A stretch of DNA of 64,000 bases from Bugula neritina (taxonomy: Eukaryota; Animalia; Bryozoa). The stretch's first letter is position 1; the number at the start of each line of letters is the position of its first letter. A model generated the notes under the pieces. It was not told where the DNA came from, did not search any database, and saw only the letters and a list, made by a program, of their open reading frames with translations. The DNA is taken from positions 16,584,633-16,648,632 of the forward strand of contig OZ037769.1 in NCBI GenBank assembly GCA_964035545.1, written 5' to 3'. The translations under genes and the position numbers were made by a program. Of the stretch, positions 1 to 13,728 are shown piece by piece.

Positions 1-371
1 ACAGTGTTGTTTGCTTGTCACCATTGCTACTCGGTAACCACACCCACAATAACAGTGGGTGTGGTTTAACAATAGTTGCCATATTTTAATCAAATTGGGA
101 ACCTCCATAGTGCGGCCATGTGTAGTATTTATTATAAGTACTGGTGACTATTAATGAATAATAAAATACTTAATGTTTATTGAATTTTGAAAATTATTTC
201 CACTGTAATATTTTACCTTTGGAGTATTTAAGCTCGAAGTAGAAAAAACTCTTAGAAATAAAATAAGTTATAAATTGTAATGAAAGATACAAAACATTGG
301 TTGTAGTATTATGAAAGAAGATGCTAGGATTGAGTTTATAAATTGTTGCTGGAAGTTGCCTTCTCATGCAT

Positions 372-3300
372 CTAATCAGTGAATTTGGTTTCCTTTTCTT
401 CAAGCTTTGTGAGATCAGCTTTCGAGTTTGTCGTGCTTTCACCATACTTGTCTCTGTCGTGACTGCAAAGTAATGTTTTAGCCGTCACGTCACATCATCT
501 CACATGCATGCATATTACACGCACATCACATATTTGCATCATGTCCCATAATTCTGTCACAAGTTAAATGTATATACCTCTCATACAGGTGTATATCCAA
601 CACATGTCACACGCATGCATCACATGTCCACTCATTGTATGCCTAGTATAATTGTAAACTAATATTATATAGAGTTGTGTTCTCTTACTTGGGAAATTTA
701 TTTGCCTCCTCGATATTCTCTGGCAATGATAGCCCAGAAGTTTCTGGTAAGAGGATAGACAGGAGACCTCCCACTATGACAGTAGCACCAAATATGGAGG
801 CTGGCAGCACTCTCTTGTACCTCTCCGGGACATACAGACCCTGGCAGCATGTTTATAACAATATATACTCTTTGGCTACTAGTATAACGTACAGTATATA
901 CTCTTTGGTTACTAGTATAATGTACAGTATATACTCTTTGGTTACTAGTATAATGTACAGTATATACTCTTTGACTATTAGTATAATATATCTACAAAAG
1001 TACATCAGACGTCAGCCTATATTACAATGCAGCACTACCTGCCGTAATATAACCCAAATTAGTATTTCTATCATTGAAAAATTCAGTTCTTTGTGATGAA
1101 GTTTTCTTTTAGAAGAAATAACAATACTGAACACTCCCGTCACTTACTAAGTCAGCTATGAAGGGTGCGGCTATCGACCCCACCCGGGCGAATGTTGAGC
1201 TCATACCCATAAGGCTATTACGTAGCGATGTGGGGTAAAGCTCCGCGGACCAGAGGTAGATGATACAGAAACCCATCGTCAATCCGAATTTTCCCACCAT
1301 GTTGAGCACCACAAAGTATGTTGTGAGAGTTGTCTCGCTTACACCTGCAAGTAGGAAAACATTTCCTGTGTGTGATTGTGACGTCTCAACACTAAAACTT
1401 GCAACTTCAGATTGTAATATTAAAGCTTGTGTGTGTGAATGTCAGGGAATACTAGTATTGTTGGCAGAAAATAACAATTGCACTTTATAAAATATTTAGT
1501 AAATTCGGATGAAAATGGCTTTTAACAAAATTTAGAAAGTATAATAGTTCGATAAAAATTTTTGATTAAAGTTTCTTATTGATAATTTTGCTATAAATAG
1601 CGCAAGGATATCTTCGACCACCTTTGACGTAGAGGTCAACAAAGACAGTGCCGAGACAGGCAAGACCTCCGACCATCATCCCGAACACGTGCATCCACTT
1701 CCTGCCGAGTTTGTTGCAGAGAGCGCACATGGCGTAGGCGGGGAACTCCACCAAACCTCCCAGCATGAAGTTTATGTAGATATCTCCCCCCAAGGAGCCG
1801 CTGTTTAGAGAGAGTCCATAGTAACCCATGGAGACTACACACCTGCATGCAACAATACGGGTTGTTAGTGAAATAGCCTGTAATACTGTCTTATTATTCA
1901 ATGGAATAGTTTGTGTATTACTACTTAAGTTTTCTCATGTCATACGGCACAATTCTGACTTAAAGTTATTTAATAGCAATTTATTCCTTATACGTTATGT
2001 TGTAGGCGTGGTCTATGCAATTTATATATATTATGGACATCGGATGGGAATAAGTAGGTCATGGTTTCAAATTCCAACAAAACCAAATTAAATATTTTCG
2101 GAAAGGCATTCTGTCATAATGGCTGCAGTGCAAACAAGTTCTTAGCCCCCTTAGAGACATCTTTTTCTCGTACCAGGGGTTCTGATGAGAATGGAACTTT
2201 ATAAACAAATTACATAATTTCTAGTAGAGCTATATGCGTATATCATGCAATGTACACGTTGCAGACGTCAAGTTCTGTGCCGTGACTCGAGTACGACGTA
2301 ACGTACTCACCAGTTAAGGAAGATGATCAGCGCCCTATTCCTCAAGGTTCTGGCTTTAATCACTCCTATCAGACTCTCACTAGTAGTGCTAGTGTTCTCC
2401 AGCGACTGTAAGACATTCTTAGGTAACTCTACTTTGTTCACTTTAGCTGCGTTCTGCACAATGACCTCTGCTTCCTCTACTCGACCTCTAGAGATGAGCC
2501 AACGAGCTGACTCTGGTATAAACCTGCAAGCCAAAGTTTCCAAGCCTAGACATCAAAGCTACGCTGCTAAACTCAAGAAAAAAGTAATTGCATTTCTAAA
2601 AAGTTTCTAAAGTAAAATTTAAATACTGTTTTAATTGGAGGTCCGTCGTTTCAAATCTAATCAGAATCTGTGGTGGAAAATTAACAAAAGCAGCCTAATA
2701 AGTTGCTGCAATAGAGATGAATTAAATAGCATATTTTCATATCACACAGTATTACATAAGTACAACAAACGTCAGAATTTTATTCCAAAGTCATGTGCCT
2801 AGATTTCAGTATTAAGATCTAACTCAGGCGAGATGCTCAATGGGAACACAACTTCTATGAGAATGTATAGCATATATACCTACCAGTAGTAAATCAGGAA
2901 AATGAAACTTGGCACAGACATGACTATCTCTATCCATCGCCATTCTCTCGCTACAAAGGCAATGGCCGTCAGAGCGACATAGCCAATAGCAAAGAAGCAT
3001 TGTATGACAATGCCAGCTACTAGTCTGTACTTTGGTCCAATCAGCTCCATTCCTGTTGAATCAAACAGGAAATAAATTCATGAAACTCACTTGTATAGTT
3101 GTTGTGTCTACAATAACAGAGTGCTTTCTCTGACGTCACCTAGACTAGATCTGGTATGGTTGAACTGCTTAACACAGACTACGAGTTATATATGGTCTGG
3201 GCAATTTGATAATATAGTTTTGAAAAGCTGCGCCATTATCATTTTTCTCTAGCTTTTAGCATAAACTTTGAGATAATTTTTGTTGGATTTAGTGCTTTAT

Positions 3301-5760
3301 GGAAAGTCTTACACACTTATTTCAGCTAACTTCTTAATCTAAATTTAACTCAAGTTCTTATATAGAAACATAGAGTTAGTCACATTAAACTAACCTTCAA
3401 CTACTATATTTGTCTAGTGTGATCGAAAAGCAAGTCAATAGTGAGTAAGATTGTTATTCAATGAACACCTCATTGCACTGCCTTGTTTTTAGAAAGTCTA
3501 GATTTCTATGCTAGATGTTGTGCTATTTAAGTCACTAGACAACTTAGAATGCGATGAAGTTTGTACAGAATGTGATGAAGTTTGTATAGAATGTGGTAAA
3601 GTTTCTTACCCAACACAAATTCCGTCATGAATAGCCCCATACTGGCAGCTCCAGTGACAAACCTCAGACTGACAAACACCTCATAACCTGGGGAAAATGC
3701 ACTACCCAGCCCGGACGCTCCTTGCAGGAATATACATAGGAGCATAGTCTTTTTCCTGCCAATACTGTTGAAAGAAGAGAAAAGCTTGAGTCATTCTTTC
3801 AGAATAGAGATGATCATACTATAATTTTTCACTTGTTTAGAATTTTTTTCAGAGTAAAAATATGTTTTAATAGGTGACTCATATGGTTAAACCTAAAAAT
3901 GAATCTAACTTCTTCAATATATGATATTCCTGCCACCCAATTAGAAAATAGTAAAGAAAGGTGAAAAAAAATATAATATGATATTGCATAATATTAGATG
4001 TAATACAATAATACAGTTTATATAATTACACAAATGTGTTTTAGCCTTTATAACTTACTAGTCAGAGAGAATGCCGAATACGAAGGCCCCTGTCAGAACC
4101 CCTGCCATGTAAACAGATGAACTAATCGTAGACTTGATCTGATCATTACATACCAGATCCCACTAAAATCACAAGTTACTAGAGAGTTGTCTCCCTTACA
4201 CATGTGAAGCTCTATGCAATATAATTGCGGGCAGTTGATACAAAATAGCCACATATTCAGCTTTGCTTTCTGCAGTTTGTAAGGGTGGGCAGAGGTGGCT
4301 AGAAGTGACTAGAGGTGGATAAAGGTGGGTAGAGGTGAGCAGTATAGTGGGTAGAGGTGAGCAGTATAGTGGGTAAAGGTGAGTAAAGGTGGGTAAAGGT
4401 GGGTAAGAGCAAAGAAGTGTTGTATAAGGAACTTGATGCACAAGGAAATAATTTTTTTTTATCTTTCAACAGAGTTTTCAAGTTATCTGAATTATATTAT
4501 TACTATCCGTTATCACTTTATTATCCTACAACTCATGTCAAAGCTGGCTCACAATATACAGTACTCCCTCCATGTATCTCTCAGCTCCAGTTCTAACAAA
4601 ATGCCATAGGTCACGAGATAGGCTTGGGCTTCGGTTTTGCATGGCATATGTATGTGTGTATAGAGACAAAATGGCCAAATTTAATGGATGGGCCAGTTAA
4701 ATCCGGTATTCTACATTCGCAGCTTAGTGAGCTACAGGGGGGAGGGGAGCACTGCATTTTACACACATTAGAAAAAAGGAATTCGCTACTAAGGAATCAT
4801 CTCCCCTACATCAAAAACTACTATATTATATACAGACTACTAATGATAGAGAAGTCGTCTTCTTACGTCTGTCACCACGCTGTTTCTGATTTCCTTTGTA
4901 GTGTACACATACGCCTCGCACTTATCTCCGTCCAGAAATTTACATTTGTCGTTAATCTTAAAGCCCAGGTCTGTTGAGTTGTCTACTGTCGTATTCAAGT
5001 ATGTCATAATCACAGACTTGTGAAAATCATTTTGAGGTTCGTAAACGTCTGCAGTTTCATTGTAGAGACTGACTGGTAGCTCACATCTACAATGACCTTG
5101 AAATATAGCCTCGGTTCTGTTAGCATAACATGAGTTTACTAATATCAGCTATAAGCAATATGACACAGCAAGTGTAGGGCTTTAAAATTATATATAATTT
5201 GAATTAAAATATCAATTGCTCATTTTTGCTAGGAGTTAAATATTTGCATAAGTTTATTTTTAATCTATGTACACTCTCACTGCTGTCACTACCATTCATT
5301 CACTGGCAGCAACCTGCATACTTGCTGCTGCCACTATAGGAGTGTAGCCAAGGAAATTTTTGGGAGGGGGAAGTGCATATAAAAGTTTTGCTCCCACTTG
5401 GATTTGAACCGGAGACCCACAGTTTGCAGGCACACGCCCTAACCATTACACCACATGGGCTACTGGGTATTTTCAACTTTACATGTAGATAGTTGTACAA
5501 TTAATCTTAGGAGATGTTAACTTCACACATTAGAACAGGCTGGAGACAGTCCAGGTGGAAACTTGCTAAACCTACCTGCGGACACAATACACTCACCTGT
5601 GGTCACAATACACTCACCTGTGGTCAGGTACTGCTGACAAGAAAACGGCAGCAAGTTGGTGGAAGGCGCAGAGAATTCCGGGAACACATAACAGGAAGTA
5701 CTGTATCCGCTGATACTTCCCAAACTGCCCCAGCTGTATCAACACGTCGTCAAACTGCAT
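372..5760 (-). CDS. SLC22 family organic cation transporter (MFS), paralogue A, 10 exons, ~554 aa
   Basis: Exons 5618-5760, 4867-5086, 4059-4162, 3610-3764, 2884-3052, 2311-2523, 1622-1842, 1148-1344, 689-840, 372-462 splice in frame (1665 nt). Motifs: MQFDDVLIQLGQFGKYQ, WDLVC, LSDYIGRKK, PESARWL, YLWSAELYPTSLR, LLPET. Confidence 0.93.
859..990. repeat. 33-bp minisatellite, ~4 copies, intronic
   Basis: Unit tatatactctttggttactagtataatgtacag repeated in tandem. Confidence 0.85.
5389..5462 (-). mobile_element. tRNA-derived SINE head or tRNA pseudogene (Cys-like)
   Basis: Minus strand has A-box TGGTGTAATGG, a CTGCAAA loop and B-box GGTTCAAATCC, but the anticodon and T stems do not pair. Confidence 0.6.
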
Positions 5761-7273
5761 CTTCCTCTAGAATGTTCCGTTGAAATAAGTTACTCCTACA
5801 AGTAAACCAGCGGGTTAGTGGAATCACCGCAGTATGAGACGATAAGTCTTCTTATCAGCTTATAGAAGTTTTCCATAACTTTATCAACAACTTGTGAATT
5901 GTTCAGATTTCAAGTATATTTTCAGCTATCATCATCTTAACTATATTAAGATAGCAGAGGTTAGCTTCCTTATCTGTTTAAATTGAGTGGGCTATTAGTG
6001 ATCTAACTGGCCTATTTGCTTAATAACATTTTATCTCCTTTACAGTTAAGAATAATTATTTTTACATCTTTGGTTACAGTAGAAGTTGCTAAGACGTTAA
6101 ATTTATACATGGTTTATCAATCATTGTTTTAACATTCATTGGTTCCATATAATTAGTTTCAGCTGTATGCAATGATATGGCGGTCAGGAATTCTAATTTG
6201 AGATATTGAGAGTAGAAGATGCAGGATAAAGAACATTTTCTATGAGTACCCAGAAAGGAACAGGCCGAAATGTAAAACAAACTCAAAAGACTAAATTTTA
6301 AACTCCAAACAGAACCTTGTAATAGTAAATATACCTGAATTCTAGTTCACAAGGAGGATCTTCAATAATGGAGATATAAAAATTCAAAATGCTTCCCTTT
6401 GAAGTAAAAAGGGCAGATAAATCTACATCAAATAATTGTAGGATTTATAAGAGAGGATAACTTCATATATGACTAATAGCTTTATATTGCAACTCAAGTA
6501 AGAAATAAGCAGATTTCACTCATTTCTATTGTAAAAGTGGATGAAAGTGGATATTTTTTTACTGCCTGAAAAGGAAAACACAAAGTTGAACCACCCCTGA
6601 GCTGGGTGGACCGGTTTCAATGTTTTATTTATTTAATCAAATTCTTTTGTCAAAAAACTAATACACGTCACTAAAGCCACTTCATTTACCTCGTATTTTT
6701 CATCGGCAACAAAATTGTGTCCTTTACACTGCGCCATGTACGTAATTAATATTATTATATCTACATAATCATATGAAAGTAGCTTAATTTGGCACAGTGA
6801 ATAAAGAGATAAAATGTGAGTGTATCACAAGTATCATCTGAACGGTAACGGTAACGGTAACGTATAAACTACTTGAAACTATGTGTTTAGTGTCTAAATC
6901 TACGGTGTTAAAACTTGCTCCTATCAATATACCAGCTTAGGATATTCATAAATGCAAAGCTTTCTTGCAAATACTAGGGAGGCTATTTATTTTAATGTGA
7001 TCTTTTGACCTTTTTCATTTTTTATCTATACTTATTTACTTTAGCTTTTACTACAGTCTATTTGGGTAAAAGCAATGTCACTAGTATTATAAAATAAGTA
7101 GGAGCGCTGATTTCACATGTCACTGTATTTAGAGCACTGGCAGCACATGTCACACTGTATTGAAAGCACTGAGAGCACGTGTCACTAGTTGAATTACTCT
7201 AGTTGACACTGTCAGAGCACCATAAGTTCACAAATCACTGTGATTGAAGACTAGGCAAAGAGTACTTGCAGAA

Positions 7274-10200
7274 ATGAAGTTTGATGAGGCGCTGGATGGA
7301 ATTGGAGGATTTGGAAAATACCAAAGGATCCAGTTTTTCCTAGCCTGTGTACCAGCAGTAGTGATAGCCTTACACCAGTTAGCCTCAGTGTTTATAGCTG
7401 CCACACCTGAATACAGGTGAGTTGTCTTATGCAACTGCATTATTTACTGATGTTCAGAGGTGATATAATTAAGTCAGGTAAAGGATTAATTAGTTGATTC
7501 ACAGTTTTGACAAAAACATCAAGTCAAGTTCAAGTCAATCAGTAGTTTGCAAGTACCTGATTTAGTCAACATATATATAAGGAAGTAACCGTGGTCTAGC
7601 GGTTAGAGCGTTTGCTTAGTAGGCTCGAAGTCATGGGTTCGAGTCCTGACAAAGGCCATTGGTGATGTTAAGAAGAGCATCCAGTCATAATTGCTCTTAT
7701 ATGCCCCATCTTAATAAGTTCTTAGAACGATTTAACAAAAACCCCTTCTGTCAGGAGTTTTATCGCAGGGATGGTGACTATAAACTTGCGTGTGAGTTTA
7801 TATATTATTATGTTAAAATTATAATTGCGGGCATAGTCACCTAAGAAACAAAGAGAAAAAGACCATAGCAATAGACTGAGCCACCATGAACAAAATATTT
7901 ATAACTGTATTTAACGAATCATAATGTGGTTATAAAGATTACTACCATAGAAATTGCTAAATGCTATATTAAAATACAATATAGTTATCGAATATCTATA
8001 ACATCATTCAAATTAAGTGGATTTCTAGAAGTTTAATTAAACTACAGTAAATATTTATAATTCAACATAATATTTGCCTAAATGCTTGTTATAAAAGTTT
8101 TTTGAGACTTTCAAGTTTCAAAGAATTGCAGTCAATGTGTTTAAGTCATGGCAATTAGTCAAGTAATTAGGTCATTTTTTGACTTTAGCAAGCTATCTCA
8201 AGCCAATATAAGCTTCCTTGTTATAACTTTGAAATTTGTGCCTCATTCAGACTATTTTAGTTTAAATGCAGACAATTTCTATTTTTACAAATAGCTGCTA
8301 TAAAACCTTAACATCAATGAAAAAACTGTTTGTAACACTTACCTTTAAGGCATCCACCTTTGAAGGACCCACTTTTGTTTTTGCTGCTAGATCAGTTTGA
8401 CAAGTGAAGTAATAACTGAATCCTAAAGAGTTGTGTAATAAATTGCACTATAATCAAATTAAATTTAAGTTCATCTGTTATTGGATTTGACTGTTAGCAA
8501 TTAGATATAACACATGGGGCATTGTGTAAAAGCTTCTTTTGGTGCTGCCGTAATCCATATTGACTGCAACTTATTTATTGAAGACCTAAATACAATGTCT
8601 GTAGGTAGCCTACTGTTGTTGTCTCCCTGATCGGGGAGAGTCGAAAACTTCCATAACAAAATGTTCTTCCATGGTGGCTAAGTCTCTTCAGATAACACTC
8701 CTAAAAACTCTTTAGATTTCACCTTGGAAACATTTTAATATCCATATAACATATTCTATAAACTGGCTTAAATATATAATGTATATTGTAGAAGTTGTGT
8801 AGAGTTCTTTGTAATTCTTTAAGGAATCTAAAGTTTTATGGAGTTATCATAACCTGGTAACACAGCTAATATTTTGTATATAAATACCTAATAGGGGACA
8901 CAACTCTATACCAGGCAGTGAAATAAAACTGCTAATATAACCAACAAACTTCAGCTAATTTTTATACTAAAACCCAGTTAGCTTTTAAAATAATTCAAAC
9001 ATACTTCCAAATATGTCTTGTTTTATTGCAGATGTGCCCACAACTCCGAAGATGAAACCTTTGACTTCAACGTATCTGCCCTACATTATAATCTCTCAGC
9101 TATTCAAGACTACAGTGGATGCCTAAATTACAGTGGCTCTGTGGGAAATGACATCATAGCGAAAAAATGTGAGAGATTCGTTTACTCCAGGGAGTTTTTC
9201 ACAAGAACGATTGTGACTGATGTAAGACGCTTACTAAATAGTTATTTTGTATATTACAACCTATTTAGAATAAATCATTCATTTTCTACTTTTCTGTTTT
9301 TATCTGAAAAACAACTGTAGATCACCATTGACTGTATTGTTTAGCTCAACGGGTAGAATAATACACTTCATAATTGTTGTATTACAATATATATTATTAT
9401 ATTACAGTTATTATTATGACAATATAAGGGTTTTTAACTTATATGCTTTCCAGTGGGACTTGCTGTGTGGTGAGAAGTTCAAGTCTACGTTAAGTACGAT
9501 GGTCTACATGGGCGGGAAACTGGTGGGCAACTTCCTGTTTGGTCTTCTTTCGGACATGTAAGTCACGTCACAGGGTATATAGTGCATCACAGAGTATATA
9601 GTGCGTCACAGAGTATATAGTGCGTCACAGAGTATATAGTGCGTCACAGAGTATATAGTGTGTCACAGAGTATATAGTGCGTCACAGAGTATATAGTGCG
9701 TCACAGAGTATATAGTGTGTCACAGAGTATATAGTGCGTCACAGAGTATATAGTGTGTCACAGAGTATATAGTGTGTCACAGAGTATATAGTGTGTCACA
9801 GGGTATATAGTGCGTCACAGGGTATATAGTGTGTCACAGAGTATAAAGTGTGTCACAGAGTATATAGTGTGTCACAGAGTATATAGTGTGTCACAGAGTA
9901 TATAGTGTGTCACAGGGTATATAGTGTGTCACAGAGTATAAAGTGTGTCACAGAGTATATAGTGTGTCACAGAGTATAAAGTGTGTCACAGAGTATATAG
10001 TGTGTCACAGAGTATATAGTGTGTCACAGAGTATATAGTGTGTCACAGGGTATATAGTGTGTCACAGAGTATATAGTGTGTCACAGAGTATATAGTGTGT
10101 CACAGGGTATATAGTGCATCCCAAACAGAGCAGCCGTGGTCCATGCCCTAGTGGTTAGAGCACTAGCTTAGTAAACCTGTATTAGAGGGTTCGACCTCGA

Positions 10201-12747
10201 CAAAGACCATTGGTGATGTTAGGAAGAGCATCCAGTCATAATTGTTCCTGTGCCCCATCTGAATAGGTCCTTAGCTGGCTTTAAAAACCTTTCCATTAGG
10301 GTTTCTCACAGGAATAGTGATTTTAAATTTGCATGAGTTTTTTATAATGTGTCACATAATGTATATAATGTGTCACATAATGTATATAATGTGTCACAGG
10401 GTATATCTAACTTAATTTAATTTTTGTTGCTGAATTTGCAGATTTGGTAGAAAGAAGACGTTACTACTAGCTGTGCTGCTGCTGACAGCGTTTGGCCTTG
10501 GCGCTGCCTTCTCTCCCAACTACTACGTCTTTGTTGTGCTGCGGATGGGGGTCGGTGCGTGTGCTAGTGGGCTATACATGTGTCTTTTCATCATCTGTAA
10601 GTCTCTATGAGTCATCTTCGACCTAGAAATCTGATTGGTTACTTGCATGTCGTCTGCAACAGGCCTTTACGCTATGAGGTATTAAGACATTGTGTGTTAC
10701 CACTGTGTTGGTGTTTCAGCCATGGAGCTGATCGGCAAGGAGTATAGACTAATGACGGGAGTCGTCATCTGCCTCTTCTTTTCCCTCGGCTACGTTCTGC
10801 TCTCGGGAATTGCCTTCCTTTCTAGAAACTGGATGCACACGCAAATGATTATCACATTCCCAATGTTACTTTTCCTTTCCTATTACTGGTACAGTGATAC
10901 TACTATTAAACAACATCTTATGACATGGTATATATGGGATTTTATAATCTATAAAAGCACTTGAACTTGTTTTTGTCTTGATGTAAATCTTACAACCATG
11001 TTACAGGCTGGTTCCGGAGTCGGCCCGCTGGTTATTGAGTAAAAACAGGGTAGCGGAGGCTAACGAAATAGTTCAAAGAGCGGCTAAGGTAAACAAAGTA
11101 AAACTGCCCAAAGACTTTACTCTGGAATATGACGAACCTCCTAAAGCAAAGTTCTCGGAGATGATCAGGAAAGCCGGGACATTATGCAGTCGCTTTGTGA
11201 TTATATGTTTGAATTGGTGAGTTTGTACAAGGTCACATCACTATAATATATATGTCATATGGCTGCATAATATATATCACATGGCTGCATAATATATATC
11301 ACATGGCTGCATAATATATATCACATGACTGCAGTACTGTATATAACATGACATGTTTAATTTTCTAATGTTTCGTATTTTGTTATTTTCTAAGATATAC
11401 TTTTACAAAAGCGAAGTTACCACTCAAACTTTAAAATTAACACAATTTAAAGTTATATAAAATCCTATAAACTATAAAGTAAAGTGGTGATACAGGTTTG
11501 CGGTGTCGATGGGTTACTACGGACTGTCTCTAAACAGTGGCAACATCGGAGGAAACATCTACGTCAACTTCATGCTGTCGGGGGCTGTGGAGTTCCTGGC
11601 TTATGGCGTTTGCTTCAGTATCAACAAGCTGGGCAGGAAGGGTCCTCACATCTTTGGCATGTTAGTAGGGGGCGTCGCCTGCATAGCCACGGTCTTAGTG
11701 GACCATTTTGTCAAAGGTGAACTCTCAGTCTAGTTTGTGTCTATGTCATGCTGTTTGTGTTTCCATTTCTTTAGTAGAAACATGTTTATGTTTACTTTTA
11801 TTTGAAAGTACAAAAAAATTTAATTTTGGGTGTGTTTTCAAGTAAGTTGAGAGTTGAATACTTATTCAGAGTATTTTTGTTGACTAAAACTTTAAAGTCA
11901 GCTAAGATTTGAATGATAATATAGTCTCTAGGAAAGCCGCATAGAGGCAACTCTTATGGCATGACACAGAGAGACAGAGATCTGTTAAATAGTTTCTAAA
12001 CCTTTGCAGGCGTACCGGAAGAGAAGATGAACGTATACTTTGTCAGTCTGAATGTGGTGGGAAAGTTCGGAATGACTGTAGCCTTCTGCGTTATATATCT
12101 CTGGTCGGCTGAGATGTACCCCACCTCACTGCGCACTAGCCTCATGGGGCTGAGTGCCATGGCTGGACGAGTTGGACAGATACTCTCCCCTCTTATTACA
12201 GACATAGTATGTAGAACTAAGGCTATTATGTAATAACATTGGGTATGCATTTATAACTTGTGCTCTTGTATTCCGGAGGTATAATAAAGTTATGCATGTT
12301 CTTTAGGGAAACTTTGTACCCAAGAAGTACTCCAGACTACTACCGGCAGTTATATTTGGGGTCTCTGTCATACTTTCTGGTCTGCTGACTTTCCTGCTGC
12401 CGGAAACAGCTGACAGAGAGCTGCCGGAGACTGTGGAGGAAGCTAACATCTTTCCAAGGTATGACAGCCACCTCTAATAGTGTGTACCTTCACAGCTCTA
12501 GTATAATAGCATGTACCTTTCTAGCTCTAGTATTAGCAAAGTACTTATTATATAAAATTAAGCATATTTCAAGTTTTTCATATAGTTGGTAATTATACCC
12601 CCTGTGTGTTTGGTTTCTAATAGCCTAAAATCTGAGAGACAACTCCAGTTTAGTATTTAGCATCGTGAGGGATAACTCCTATATATTTAAAGTCTCTCAA
12701 TTAGTTTTGTTGATTTAAGGACTAGAACAAATAATAGCCCGGACTAA
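7274..12747 (+). CDS. SLC22 family organic cation transporter (MFS), paralogue B, 10 exons, ~522 aa
   Basis: Exons 7274-7416, 9032-9221, 9454-9557, 10442-10596, 10720-10888, 11007-11216, 11496-11716, 12010-12206, 12307-12458 and probably 12720-12747 (last exon less certain). Motifs: MKFDEAL..IGGFGKYQ, WDLLC, FGRKK, PESARWL, SAEMYPTSLR, LLPET. Seven exon sizes are identical to paralogue A. Confidence 0.92.
7584..7800 (+). mobile_element. tRNA-derived SINE, copy 1 (central block resembles the V-domain)
   Basis: A-box tggtctagcgg and B-box ggttcgagtcc, followed by ccattggtgatgttaagaagagcatccagtcataattg, which is shared with copies at ~10128 and ~53960. Confidence 0.8.
9565..10120. repeat. 19-bp minisatellite, ~29 copies, in intron 3 of SLC22-B
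   Basis: Unit gtcacagagtatatagtgt/c, head-to-tail with no spacers. Confidence 0.95.
10128..10345 (+). mobile_element. tRNA-derived SINE, copy 2
   Basis: agcagccgtggtc...tggttagagc...gggttcgacc...ccattggtgatgttaggaagagcatccagtcataattg; colinear with the copy at 7584. Confidence 0.8.
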
Positions 12748-13311
12748 TTCAGACATCTCTACATCCTATATTTATTGATTAGCTGTTTAAATATCACCAG
12801 CTGATGCACTCAAGGATATTATGTATTGTGGATAAAACATAATATAAAATCTATATAGCACCGATTTCATAGTTATATTGAGTATAAAATAACAGCTAAG
12901 ATGATGTGTGGTAGAGACATGAGTATAAAGTGAAAACTAGTGCATAATATTGAACATGGTTTTAGTAAGCACCAACGTCTGGCATTTCACAATAAATGTA
13001 ATATGAATATAAACACCTATTAATATTATATACAAGCCTAAAAGTTGAAATTAAACTGTGAACTCACATGTGGTGAAAAGAAACTTTCATTATTGACTAA
13101 ATGCGGAGCAGTTTTGTTTCAGTTAACTCTCATTTTTGAAGTACCCCAGTATACATGAAGTTTTTGAAATACAATTAGGAAAAATAAATATTAAAATCAA
13201 CTGACTAAACCTTTGGCGGGAAAAATTAAATTAAGGCAAAATATAGATGAAGTCAGATAAATTGATAAAATGAAATTGATTTCAAGTTTCAACAAATTTA
13301 TATGTGAAAAA

Positions 13312-13728
13312 TTAGACCGGGAGCTTCTTGTAGGACAGAGGTTCAATATTTGATGACTTTGGTCGCCTCCCGAGCGTAGCGTAGAGAACTGGTGCCATTA
13401 GATTGTTGTTTACGTCTTTCCACACTCTCTCGTCTGCAACTGTACCCACCTTATCGATACAGTTCTCTGAGTAAGCTTTTCTGTATAGACTAAGAGTCTC
13501 ATTCAGGAAGTGATGTTTTCGTTTGGGTCCTGCATCGATGTGGTCAAACAGGAAACTGTAATGTCTTGTGTGATGAGAAAACTCGTGATTGCGAAGTTTA
13601 GTTTGAGTCAATTTATGGTTGGTGTGTGTAGTTAACCTGAGTTCTTTATCTGTTGAGACTGTAAGATGTTGAGAGCCGCATGTGCACCGTCTCCTAATGA
13701 CAGGCAAAGTTTCAACATTAGATCCCAT
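13312..13728 (-). CDS. Uncharacterised 138-aa basic protein, single coding exon (weak resemblance to TEX36/HDNR-type ciliary proteins)
   Basis: Open frame with coding-like composition inside AT-rich DNA; splice acceptor at 13770-13771 and an in-frame stop upstream of the ATG. The segment FSHHTRHYSF..HIDAGPKRK loosely recalls the HDNR motif. Confidence 0.6.
   Translation of the reverse strand: MGSNVETLPVIRRRCTCGSQHLTVSTDKELRLTTHTNHKLTQTKLRNHEFSHHTRHYSFLFDHIDAGPKRKHHFLNETLSLYRKAYSENCIDKVGTVADERVWKDVNNNLMAPVLYATLGRRPKSSNIEPLSYKKLPV

Noticed and set aside
677-2610. Plus-strand ORFs 677-1096, 1260-1490, 2323-2610 (also 45914-46282, 39902-40198, 18380-18652)
   Set aside because: Antisense shadows of real exons on the opposite strand.
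5389-5462. Functional tRNA-Cys(GCA) gene
   Set aside because: A and B boxes are present but the anticodon and T stems cannot pair; better explained as a SINE head or pseudogene.
9565-10120. Regular short repeats here and at 26838-27272 and 28430-28768 that could suggest CRISPR arrays
   Set aside because: Units are directly adjacent with no unique spacers, lie inside spliceosomal introns, and no cas genes are present.
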